DNA of 63,965 nucleotides, the filler included, from Octopus bimaculoides (taxonomy: Eukaryota): assembly GCF_001194135.2 (NCBI RefSeq). It is 7 parts of 7 records of this genome, joined end to end, with 100 filler letters (N's around TTAATTAATTAA, not from the genome) between each part and the next. Parts side by side here need not be neighbours in the genome. Positions count along the whole stretch, not along the records: positions 29,643 to 48,942 come from NC_068983.1; 6 more parts are not named here. One strand, 5' to 3'. The notes under the pieces are model-generated. The model was not told where the DNA came from and ran no database searches. It was given only the letters and a program-made list of their open reading frames with translations. The stretch's first letter is position 1. Every line of letters starts with the position of its first letter. The position numbers and the translations under genes are program-made. This document shows, one piece after another, positions 34,348 to 46,530 of this stretch.

Positions 34348-37300
34348 ACAAGGTAAAACTGCAACTTTGTTCTGTTTTCTTTCCATTTTGTTGTTTACTT
34401 TTTACCTTCTCGCATTGTTCTGGCCTTACACAAGTACATATATATGTGTGTGTGTGTGTGTGTGTATAGACACACACATGCACTCATATACACACATACA
34501 TTCCAACCCCATCATACGCACACATGCAAATACATACACACACACATTTTCCACCTCCTTCGACTGAACCAAACACTCACTACTAACCTACTCACACCCT
34601 CATACGCACATCATTCACACAAACACACACATACACACGCGCGCGCACGCACACACACACACACACATACTGACCATCGTCGCACTCTCCTGTCTCAAGA
34701 AACCACTTTCTCTATGTCTTTCTACTTTCAGTCGATTTAGCAATGTAACTACACACGTGCTAATGGCGATTTCTTTTCCTTCTTTGGACTTTTCCCTTTC
34801 TCCTTTCCTCGTGTTCTTTTCTGTTGAAGAGCGTATGCTCGAAACGTAAAAGTTATACCTCACAATGCTTCACCAATGCTTCACCTTCCTGAACGTCAAA
34901 CTAATACACCTGCTTGTAGTTTATATACCTGTCTTCGTCTTGTTTTTCTGTAAATTTCAATTATATATATATATATATATATATTGTTGTGTCTGGTTCA
35001 GTTTCCACTCAATTACTTATCAATTTTTTTCTAAAAGTTTTCGTTGCGTCTTGCAAACTTTTCAATAGTCGTTGACTTTGTCCGTTATCCGAGCTCGACT
35101 ATTGAAAAGGTTGCAAAACGCAACGAAAATAATTAAGTAAATAAGTGGAAATCGGTGAGTGTGTTAAATAATAAGGCACTAAAAGAAAATGGCTCTCCTC
35201 AGACACAACAAAATATGTTTCAACACTCGAATTCACATAAAGAATCTTGTAAACCAAATTCAAAAACGAAATATATACACACACACACACACATATACAT
35301 ACACGGGTAAGTACATAAATGCGAAACAAGGTGGAAAAAAATAGTACTCGAATACCGGAGATAGAGTAATATACTTTATTATTATCGGAACTGCAAAAAC
35401 ATAACAAAAAACTGCTACTCAGAGTTTCACGTTCCTATTCGTCGAACAGTTGTAACCAAGAACTACTCGACGAACGTGAACGTGAAACTCCGAGTAGCAG
35501 CTTTTCGTATTGTTGTTGCAGCTTTAATAATAATAATAAAAAGTATACACACACATACACACACACACACATGTATGTATGTATACAGACACACACGCAT
35601 GTACATGTGTATGTGTTTGNNNNNNNNNNNNNNNNNNNNNNNNNNNNNNNNNNNNNNNNNNNNNNNNNNNNNNNNNNNNNNNNNNNNNNNNNNNNNNNNN
35701 NNNNNNNNNNNNNNNNNNNNNNNNNNNNNNNNNNNNNNNNNNNNNNNNNNNNNNNNNNNNNNNNNNNNNNNNNNNNNNNNNNNNNNNNNNNNNNNNNNNN
35801 NNNNNNNNNNNNNNNNNNNNNNNNNNNNNNNNNNNNNNNNNNNNNNNNNNNNNNNNNNNNNNNNNNNNNNNNNNNNNNNNNNNNNNNNNNNNNNNNNNNN
35901 NNNNNNNNNNNNNNNNNNNNNNNNNNNNNNNNNNNNNNNNNNNNNNNNNNNNNNNNNNNNNNNNNNNNNNNNNNNNNNNNNNNNNNNNNNNNNNNNNNNN
36001 NNNNNNNNNNNNNNNNNNNNNNNNNNNNNNNNNNNNNNNNNNNNNNNNNNNNNNNNNNNNNNNNNNNNNNNNNNNNNNNNNNNNNNNNNNNNNNNNNNNN
36101 NNNNNNNNNNNNNNNNNNGGTACTGAAAAGTCGCTTTATATGTAAAAGGAATACTCGAAAAATAAACACATTTCGTTCGATCCGGATCTGAGATAAATGA
36201 AAACAAACAAAATGACAGGGAAAAAAATTTAAAAAAAAGATTTCAAAAGGAAAGTGGTAAGAGATAATTTGAAAGACAATGGCACATATGGCACATTTGG
36301 GGAGGGAGGGAGCGAAGTAGGAAGAATAGCAAATGAAGAAGAGTTGGAGGAGGCGGGGAAGAGATAACGGTTGGGGAGGGAGTAGACTGTTTGAAAGACT
36401 AGAATAGAGAGGAGAGGGAGGAGAAAGGAATGATAGCGAAAATCGAAGGGAAAGAGATAGCGATAGAAAGAAAGAGTAAGAGAGAGAGAGAGAGAGAGAA
36501 GTAGCAAGATATGGTTGATGGTGGTAGTGGTGGTGGTGAGTAAAGAAGCTCAGAGAAAGAGGAGAAGGAAGAGGGGTTGCTTGTCAGGGATGTCGTCTGC
36601 TGAAATATTAATGGTGACCCAGCTCGATGTAACAGATGTCTTTTAGCTGATCATACATAATTCTATTGATTGAATTTATTCTAAAACTATTGAATTCAGG
36701 GTCACCATATTTATTTATATTTTTATTCATTGGTTGTTTTGTTGTATTTTAAATATATTGACTACAGCACATTTCAAACCAATATGAAGCCATGCTTTAC
36801 AAAATTTATAATTAGGTTATTGTATATTATAATAAAGTTATTGTAGCAGTATTTTATTGTGTAATAGTGTATAATATTGTAATAGCAACGTATTACTGTG
36901 TAATATCTTTTATCTTTTAATAGTTTCAGTCAAAGGGCTGTGGCCATACTGGGGCACTACCCTGAAGGGTTTTAGTCGAACAGCTTAACTCAAAAACTAT
37001 TTTTTAAAGTCTGGTATTTATTCAGTTATTCTCTTTTGTCGAAACGCCAAGTTACGGGTATATGAACAAACCAATACCGTTTTTCAAAGACACAGACACA
37101 TACATTGGGCTTCCACGCACTTTCCATCTGCTAAATTTACTCACAAGGCATTGGTTTTTTCCAAGACTTCAGTGAAAAAAACTTACCCATGAGGTGTGAC
37201 TGAACCCTGAACTACAGGGTTACAAAGCGAGCTTCTTAAGCACACAGCCAAGCCTGCCCCTCGGCATTTCTTAAAGAGTTGACGGCAGAAGACGCAGTTA

Positions 37301-37561
37301 TGGCTGTCTCTGTGTACACTTCATCTTCGTCAATGAAACCACAGAAACAGCAGCATTTCAAGGTTGCCGATGAGAACGATAACTCGACTATTAAAGTCTG
37401 GTACTTATTCAGTTATTCTCTTGTCAAAGCGCCATGTTACGGGTATATGAACAACCAAAACCGGCCTCAATTTATGGTCCCAATTAATTTCAGTTTTTGA
37501 TTTGTGAGAGAAGGGTTGCACCGGACAACCAGCCTCTCATCCCTAATTTTTTTTTTAGTGC

Positions 37562-37795
37562 GTGACATGGCAGATACTGGTGTCATTCAAATGGCACCCG
37601 TGCCGGTGGCACGTAAAAGCACCCATTACCCTCTTGGAGTGGTTGGCGTTAGGAAGGGTATCCAGCCGTAGAAAACCATGCCAAATCAGACTGGAGTCTG
37701 GTGCAGCCTTCCAGCTGGCCAGCCCTGGTCAAACCTTCCAACCCATGCCAGCATAGACAACGGACGTTAAACGACGACGACGACGACGATGATGA
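37562..37795 (+). mobile_element. SINE-like repeat with an RTE-type 3' tail
   Basis: Ends in ccaacccatgccagcatagacaacggacgttaaa(cga)n(tga)n. Confidence 0.6.
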
Positions 37796-38309
37796 CCGCC
37801 AGGACGATTCGCTATTCTGTTGTTTGAAACTTGACCACTGAGAGTTGGTACATCTCGCATATGTAATAATGTTTTAAATAATAAGAACTAATTAATATGT
37901 AATAATGGATAAATATTGTAATTATGCATTATATTTTGATACAACAAAATGCAAAAGTGCATTAGATAGAGGTGCAGGCTTGGCTTTGTGGTAAAAAAAA
38001 GGTTGCTTCCTAACTACATGGTTCCGAGTTCAGTCCCCCCGCGTGGCACTTTGGGTTAACGATTCAGCCATTGTTATAACAATCTTCGACAATTTAATAT
38101 TACTATGAGGGTCCAATCGAGTAAACTGGGACTCCAAGGGGTTCAGAGATATAAAAGAAATGGTTGAGAAACATTGAGTTATAGAAGAGAGAATTAAAAA
38201 AAAAAATCATTTTAAGGCAATAAATATTTTTTATCTGAGAATTAATATTCATTTTAGCATTTTGCAGAAATACCAAAATATGTGATGACAATTTCAGTTA
38301 TAGCTATTG

Positions 38310-38830
38310 TATATGCAATAATGCCTCGACATACGAGTTAATTTGTTCCTTGAGACCGCTCGTAAAGTGAAAACTCGTAAAACAGAGCAAACATTTCCCA
38401 TAGTAGCAATGTTATAAATCGTAATTCGTTCCGGGAGAAATATTTTACCTATAAAATTGATAATACTCGTAAAGAAATGGCAATAAAACAACAGTAGAAT
38501 GTAAAGAATATTTTATGTAAAGTAAAAAGAATGTCAAGATCATTTATAAAAAAAATATTATTATTATAATTGTTTTCTGAATCACTTTCACTTGCACTAG
38601 ACTTGCGTACATCATTACTTGCAGATGCGATTGCTAAATCACAAGCACTCGTAGACGGACTTGTAGATTTCTTTTTAATATACAAGTCTAGAGTCGATTG
38701 CTTAGAAGAAGCCTTTTTCGCTCTCTGTAAATTTCTCGGTAACATGCAGAAGCATTTGTTATGGTGGTAGAAACTTTTGCCCTTCGTTCACAATTTGGAT
38801 CATGTGCTTGAAAAATTTATAATAAAATTA
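38310..38830 (-). mobile_element. Pogo/Tigger-like 3' remnant
   Basis: TIR-like caataatgcctcgacatacgagttaat, plus a KQSTLDLY C-terminal motif. Confidence 0.4.
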
Positions 38831-39959
38831 AACTTGTAAACCCGGTGTCTAGTAAATCGTGTCCTCATAAAGTGATGTATTACTGTATATACCATATTTC
38901 TTCATTTCCCTCATGATGGTAAAAGTATACTGCCAAAGTTACTCGTCATGAGATGGGTAACATTCTAGTTTATGGGCACAATTTTTAACAATTTAATAAT
39001 GTATTATAAGAATTCTTTCTGTTATAGGCGCAAGGCTTGAAAAATCGGAGGAGGCAGTGCCGGTGAATAGTCGATTACATCGACCCCAACTGGTACTTTT
39101 TTTTCTTTAAATCGACACTGGAAGGGATGAAAGGCAAAGTTGATCTCAGCGGAATTTGAACTCAGAATGATAAACGGACGAAATGCCACGAAGCATTTTG
39201 TCCGGCATGGTATGCTGACGATTCTGTCAGTTTGGAACCTCAATAATGTATTATAATGGTATGATAAATATTGATTTTTTTTAAAGCTTATCTCAGTTAA
39301 TTAAGGAACACAAAACTATTCCAATTTTAAAGAAAAATTAAATTTTTAGTAAACATAGCGTTTTAAATAACACCTTCTGAAATTGTTTTTATTAATGAGG
39401 TATTTTGAACCATCTGTTGCTGTTGTATAATTGGTAAATTGGTAGATTGGTAGATTGGTAGTGTGGGAGGTTGGTACGTTGGCTGGCTGGTTGACTGGAA
39501 AGCTGGGAAGGCAGCTGGTAACAGATGTCCGCGAAGTGGTGATCGAAGTGAAGTGATATTTGAATAAAGAATATGAGTAAAGAGTTGAAATAAATAAAAA
39601 AGTGAAAATAGACGGTCGGTCGGTCGGTCGGTCGGTCGGTTGGTGAATGAAAGAGCAGGGTTCACTGTGTAATAAGCGTGATCTTATTACACTATTAAAC
39701 AGGGAATGTGAGTTAAATATGGACTGGATAAAGAGATAATCAGTGAGTATGAATGGTGGAATCATTGCAAATATATTGTCTTCCGAACGAATTTGCTTTT
39801 TACGTAAAGAATACTGAGAGAAAAGGAGGGGAGAGAAAGAAAGGAAGAGAGAGAGAGGTGGAAGAGAGAAAGTAAGAGAGATTAAAGAGTGTTTTTTTAC
39901 ATTGTTTGATGATAATGAAAAAAATTGTTCAGGGACGCTGGCCTTGCTTGTTTTAAGCG

Positions 39960-40140
39960 ATTGGAAGTACTTTCTCTCTTGGTGTAAATGTGTACGGTGC
40001 ATTTGCAGACTGCTGAAGACAACGTAAATGAAGTGGGCAGGATACTTTGTTCAAATGCCTGACACGAGATTCCCCAAGGGGCTGTTTTACAGTGAAATGG
40101 TAGAAGGCAAGTGAATGCAAGGTGGATGCACTTGTCTCAT
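39960..40140 (+). mobile_element. RTE LINE C-terminal fragment
   Basis: MKWAGYFVQMPDTRFPKGLFYSEMVEGK*MQGG matches LRWAGHVxRMPDxRxPKxLxY. Confidence 0.75.
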
Positions 40141-41370
40141 ATATAACTGGCTAATATTGTAACATTGCACCTCATTTTGATTCAAAAAGAGGATACGTGA
40201 TTATTTAGCCTTGTCTTAAAGGGGCTCTCAGTTGCACCGTACCATTGTTGTTAGACAACACCACTTCTGCTTCGTTGCCCACGTCTTCTGTACTGCATTG
40301 GCCATTTACTGAATTATGACTGTAAACCCTACATGAGTGTCTTACGTTTGCCCGAGGCCTTAGGGTACTCACTGATACGTTTTTCATACAAATTGCACAG
40401 ATGAACAAGGCTCTTAAATCATGTCCTTTGAATATTTTCCTATAACTATGACCTTGTGTAAAATGCTTATCCTACTAATCTAAAAAAAAAAGCCCTTCCC
40501 ATGCAGGTAAAAACACGCATGGGAAGGGCTTTTTACGCTGAGAGAGATTGGTGAGAGGGAAGACCAGGGAACTTTTCGATAGCGCTTTCTCTTGTCGGCT
40601 TTAGGGCTGAGAATATAAATGATGCGGTCTTTAAATCAACAGAATGTCGTTGTAATAGGGAAGAAATATTTGAATTAAAGAGCAATGAGATCAACAATTC
40701 AGAAAGAACATTATATAAGATGAAATTGTAGGACAATTAATTGTATTTTGCAGATTTAATGTTTTAGCTAAGAAACCCCGCTTTCGTTAATTCATGGTTT
40801 ATCATAGCTTTTCCTTTCAGAACCCGTTTCCGTAATATATTTTGAAGACTATTTGTATTTACAACTCTAAAAATAGTTATTGCAGTGTTTGTTGATGCGT
40901 TCTAGCGAATCAACTGTCAAAGAATATAGGTGAATCAAATACCTATGAAGTTTCATCAAATTTTAATACATTGTAACTTGACTTCCGCTTACATATCAAA
41001 TCCGCATAAATTATTCACTTCCGCCTCATGACGCGACTAGGTGGACGTATGTACAATGTTAAATTGTTCGCAGAAACATGATTCAGGTTTTGCTAAAATT
41101 AATATTTATTCAAATATATAAATGTCTCGAAATAGTTTTTAACTAGTTTGGTGACGCATAACGTATACAAGTCAACACCATTAGTTTTATAGTTTTATAA
41201 GACAAAATGCTTAACTAGATTTCTTCAAGCTCCTCAACGCTCTGAGTCCAAATCTTACCGAGATCAGCTTTGCCTTTCATCTTACCATGGTTGATGAAAC
41301 AGTATCAATCAAGTACTGCAGTCGATGGAATCGACTTCCTCTCCCTCTCAAAAACTAGTGGCTCTGTGCC

Positions 41371-41412
<42 letters not shown>

Positions 41413-42710
41413 GTTATCTTTATTTCCTTCTGTGTCAGGAGGGCCACATCACTATCACCCTATCCTTTATTTTTATTATTGTATAGTATATATGTATATT
41501 TCCCTTCTTTGTCTTATTGTATACTGTGTATACTTTCTATAGATTTGTATGTATGTACATATATATATATATATATATATATANNNNNNNNNNNNNNNNN
41601 NNNNNNNNNNNNNNNNNNNNNNNNNNNNNNNNNNNNNNNNNNNNNNNNNNNNNNNNNNNNNNNNNNNNNNNNNNNNNNNNNNNNNNNNNNNNNNNNNNNN
41701 NNNNNNNNNNNNNNNNNNNNNNNNNNNNNNNNNNNNNNNNNNNNNNNNNNNNNNNNNNNNNNNNNNNNNNNNNNNNNNNNNNNNNNNNNNNNNNNNNNNN
41801 NNNNNNNNNNNNNNNNNNNNNNNNNNNNNNNNNNNNNNNNNNNNNNNNNNNNNNNNNNNNNNNNNNNNNNNNNNNNNNNNNNNNNNNNNNNNNNNNNNNN
41901 NNNNNNNNNNNNNNNNNNNNNNNNNNNNNNNNNNNNNNNNNNNNNNNNNNNNNNNNNNNNNNNNNNNNNNNNNNNNNNNNNNNNNNNNNNNNNNNNNNNN
42001 NNNNNNNNNNNNNNNNNNNNNNNNNNNNNNNNNNNNNNNNNNNNNNNNNNNNNNNNNNNNNNNNNNNNNNNNNNNNNNNNNNNNGTCGGTGTGTGTGTAT
42101 GCATGTGTGTAAAGAATTTCATTGGGGCGATAGAGTGATTTAAAAAAGATAAGTCAAAGATAATTTATTTTAATAGCATACTTTTCTGTGAGTAAATATG
42201 GTTTTTCTTACACACACACACACGCGCACACAGGTGTGTCTGTAGTAACTTGAGCTACTACAAATAGCAGCACCCTTTCATCAAAAGAAAGACACAGTAT
42301 TTCAGGAAGAAAAAAAAAAACCTATCCGATGGGTCTGCTACATCAGAGGCAACTCTGGGCTAAACAAAATGCAGACAAACATACATCACATTAAAAGATT
42401 ATTTCCTAATAATACTAATAAAGTTGATGTTATATCTTCGAAGTTTAATTCTGTGGTAAGACTCGATGTATTTTAAGATTGTTCAGGCAGAGTTGCCTCT
42501 CTTAGCTAAAGACCTCAAAATTTTGCGAACCGACATCGTTTCCGAGGTTATTTTTATAGTAAAAAAGAGTTGTTGTGCAAAAAACAGTTTATTTGGTAGC
42601 CGAAAGATTTCTGAATCTTTTGACACATCATACATGAAAATCGGCAACTCAGTTTTCGAATCCATAAGGAACATACAGACACACACACAAACTCTGTTTT
42701 ATTATATAAG

Positions 42711-42762
<52 letters not shown>

Positions 42763-43344
42763 GTACACACACACACAAATATGTGTGTGTTTGTATGTCT
42801 TTATCCCCCCCCCCCGATTGACGATCAGTTTTAGTGTGTCTACCTAAGCTAGCGGTTTAGCAAAAGAGATGATAGAATAAAAGTACCAGGCTTAAAACAT
42901 AATTACTGGGATCGATTTATTCGACTAAAAGTTCTCCAAGGAGGTGCCCCAGCGTGGCCGCAGTCTAATGACTGAAACATATAAAAGATACAAGATAAAA
43001 AAAGATATTCTAGCAATGGTGTGTGAAACTAAAGAAGATTAAAATAAAACAACAGGTGACTTAAGCTATTTTCTCATAAAACACGGAAATAAAGCTGTTT
43101 CTTAGAACACAAATGAGATCTGATGATGCAGATAAGATCTTTCGTTGGTGAATCCTCATGTTTCAATGCACAAGAAGACTTCCTTAGCCTTAAAGTAGGA
43201 CTTATAGAGTTATTCATATCAAAATGTTTTGTCTAGTTTCCGGCTTTTGTATGGAATTCATACAAATGTCGAGTGAAGAAAGCCAAGTTATATTATATGT
43301 ATTACAAATATCTCTATCCCGTGACTCACAATTATTTTATATGT

Positions 43345-44535
43345 ATAAGCACTGGTATAGCCGTGCTTTGCTAACCTAATGATGGAATATCTAGAAATCA
43401 GTCTTTATCGTAAGGAGCTAGAAAAAGACGGAAACCCATTCTCCCTCTACCTAGAAAATAACTAGAAGAGGTATCTGGATGTCTGCTTCATACTTTGGCA
43501 TGAAAGTATAGAGAGACTTGAAGAATTTCAAGCACTTATAAATGGACTTGACATAAACATTCACTTTACGATGGAATATAGCCATCAACAACTTCCATTC
43601 CTCGACATCCTCATTAAGAAATTCAACAACAAAATAGAAACAGATATATACTATAAGCCCACGGACTCCAAGCAATATCAACCGTTCAACTCATGCCACC
43701 CCGGACACACTAGAATGAATATCCCCTTCAACCTAGCAAAAAGGATTTGCACTATAGTTTGTAATACAAACATCAGGGACACACGACCACATGAACTTTA
43801 GTTCATGTAGTCGTGTGTCCCACCAGGAATTACATCCACCATCGCTAACTGATATAGGCTTTCAACGTGCCCCACTCAACATGCACGAACTCAGACATCC
43901 CAAACTAAAGAAGGATTTACAACCAAAAGCCCTAACATACATCCCCACACACAACCCCCTTAACAATGAAGCCTTCGACATCATCCTCCAGAACATTACT
44001 TTTCTAAAAAGGGACCACACAGCGAATTTAATCTTCCGAACGCACACCATCATAAAGAGCAAGAGACAACCCAAATCTATGAAAAGTCTCCTAACACAAG
44101 CCCAAGTGCACTCGGCAATAACACTGAAGCCGTCAGTTAAAAAATGTGGAAGACCTAACTGTGGTACATGCATCAACCTCATTTAGGGATCGGAGTTCTC
44201 TTTAAAACAGGGTCAACGTTTTACATTGAAAAGCAACTTCACATGTGCTTCGGAAAAGTCTAATATATGTATTAACTTGCTCAGGGTGTCGAGAGCAACA
44301 CATAGGCCTAACCAAAAACATTCTACGCCAAAGGATGACACTACATAGATCCCAGATTAAAATTCGGGAATACAGAAAAATAGCACTCAGCGAACACATC
44401 GACATTTGCGCCATTAACGAACAAGCCAACTTCAGAATTTTTCCTCTCTATAAATTCAGGGACGATGCAAGCTATAATCAGCGCATTAGTAAATAGTCAT
44501 ATTTTATCGCAAAATATAAACCTCTTTGGAATGCC
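43345..44535 (+). mobile_element. Decayed Penelope-like element (RT C-terminal half and GIY-YIG)
   Basis: KRYLDVCF, LPFLDILI, IYYKPTDSKQY...SCHP, CGRPNCGTC, CSGCREQHIGLT...LRQRMTLHR, with frameshifts and stops. Confidence 0.9.
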
Positions 44536-46260
44536 TCCACCACAAATGACAGTACTACAAGGACCTTAGAATAATACCAACACACATATTAAAAACGATA
44601 TATTCAGAACAGAACAATTCCAATCATACTATTATAACCACAACAGGTCACTTTTAAGTCACTTAACCATTTAAAAGCACTTCACCAACAACCTACTACT
44701 GTCATACCACTCGCGTCGTCGTCGTCGTCGTCTTCTTCTTCTTCTTCTTCTTCTTCTTCTTCTTCTTCTTCTTCTTCTTCTTCTTCTTCTTCTTCTTCTT
44801 CTTCTTCTTCTTCTTCTTCTTCTTCTTCTTCTTCTTCTTCNNNNNNNNNNNNNNNNNNNNNNNNNNNNNNNNNNNNNNNNNNNNNNNNNNNNNNNNNNNN
44901 NNNNNNNNNNNNNNNNNNNNNNNNNNNNNNNNNNNNNNNNNNNNNNNNNNNNNNNNNNNNNNNNNNNNNNNNNNNNNNNNNNNNNNNNNNNNNNNNNNNN
45001 NNNNNNNNNNNNNNNNNNNNNNNNNNNNNNNNNNNNNNNNNNNNNNNNNNNNNNNNNNNNNNNNNNNNNNNNNNNNNNNNNNNNNNNNNNNNNNNNNNNN
45101 NNNNNNNNNNNNNNNNNNNNNNNNNNNNNNNNNNNNNNNNNNNNNNNNNNNNNNNNNNNNNNNNNNNNNNNNNNNNNNNNNNNNNNNNNNNNNNNNNNNN
45201 NNNNNNNNNNNNNNNNNNNNNNNNNNNNNNNNNNNNNNNNNNNNNNNNNNNNNNNNNNNNNNNNNNNNNNNNNNNNNNNNNNNNNNNNNNNNNNNNNNNN
45301 NNNNNNNNNNNNNNNNNNNNNNNNNNNNNNNNNNNNNNTTCAAGTAGTCCGTAGCAGGTATAGAAAACAAAAAGTGGACAGTGCACGATCAGGAACAATA
45401 ACAATTTATTGGCGTCGAAGGTTACGCGCTTTTTGCCATATCGAAGTTACGAGGAAATTCGATAAGCTGAAAGTTTCTGTATAGCTCACGGATAGCAAAT
45501 TAGAGTTACTACGAATGCGAATAAAAGTACAAATTGAAGGAGTGGAACGGGTAAAATTCAGGCTACTTATGTTTCTTAGTTAGGTGATCATCTGATCTAA
45601 TATTTACTCAACGGGGCGGGGGTGGGAGCGGCGCTCAACTTAGCTAATCTTCAGGCTGAGTTGAAGGTTACCTTGTCGTTTGGGATTCCCAAGGTAACTC
45701 ACCGTAGATGTGAGTCGAAAGGAGTGGTGAAGCCGGAAGAACAGAATTAAAAAAAAAACAGGTTTGAAGAAATGAAACGGTGATGAAGAAAGGGAAGGGT
45801 GAAGTCAAATATGTGTGAGCGGGAGTCGTATAAGGTTGATAGGAATGAAGAAAAAGAGAGGGAGAAGAAAGAGGGGGGGGAAATAAGGGCAAATAGTTGA
45901 ATTCTTAGCGGATAGGTGGCGCTGATACTGCTGACCGTTGGTCTACGTCAGTATACATACTCGCGTTCGCATGCAGTGAATATAATTTTTTCCCTCTTTA
46001 TTTCTTTCTTTTTTCTTCTCCTCGTAGGTACGCATATATACTTGCACACCTTCTGTTTGTACGTCTGGATATAAGAGTGGTTAAATATGTAGTCACATAT
46101 GTGTCTGTGGATCGAATCTTACGCCTAGGCATGCATGCGCGCACCTTTGGGTGCTCACACATATTTGTGTATATACAAAGGGGATCTTGCAGGATCACGC
46201 CACTCTCGCTTATTTGTCGAATACTAGGTTGAAGGAATAAGTTTTTAGCTTGGAAGGATT

Positions 46261-46530
46261 CTAGCTTTCTGGCCCATTTTTGGTTATCCCACCATTCGTA
46301 TGTACCACAAGTAGTGCATGCGGTACAAATGAATTGGGAAAGTTGTAAACGAAATACACTTTAACATTTGGTACATCTGTTCCACTGGTACTTTCGTTTT
46401 CACCCAGAAGTTGTCCCCAGTAAACAAGCCAATACTGTCTGTTTAACAACATAATGTCATGCGTCAGTGTGGGAGATTTGACAAAATAAAACACGGGATC
46501 AGTTTTGTTGAAAGGCTTTGCCGTCACAAC
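46261..46530 (-). CDS. Probable upstream exon of the same peroxidase-like gene (PFNKTDPVFY...VYWGQLLGENE). Its 3' splice donor is undefined.
   Basis: Strong acceptor ttctgattttttag|G followed by 89 open codons. WGQLL is identical to myeloperoxidase WGQLLDHD, and PFxKxxPxxY resembles [AP]FxRxLPxxY. No strong phase-2 donor was found. Confidence 0.55.
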   Translation of the reverse strand, partial: VVTAKPFNKTDPVFYFVKSPTLTHDIMLLNRQYWLVYWGQLLGENESTSGTDVPNVKVYFVYNFPNSFVPHALLVVHTNGGITKNGPES

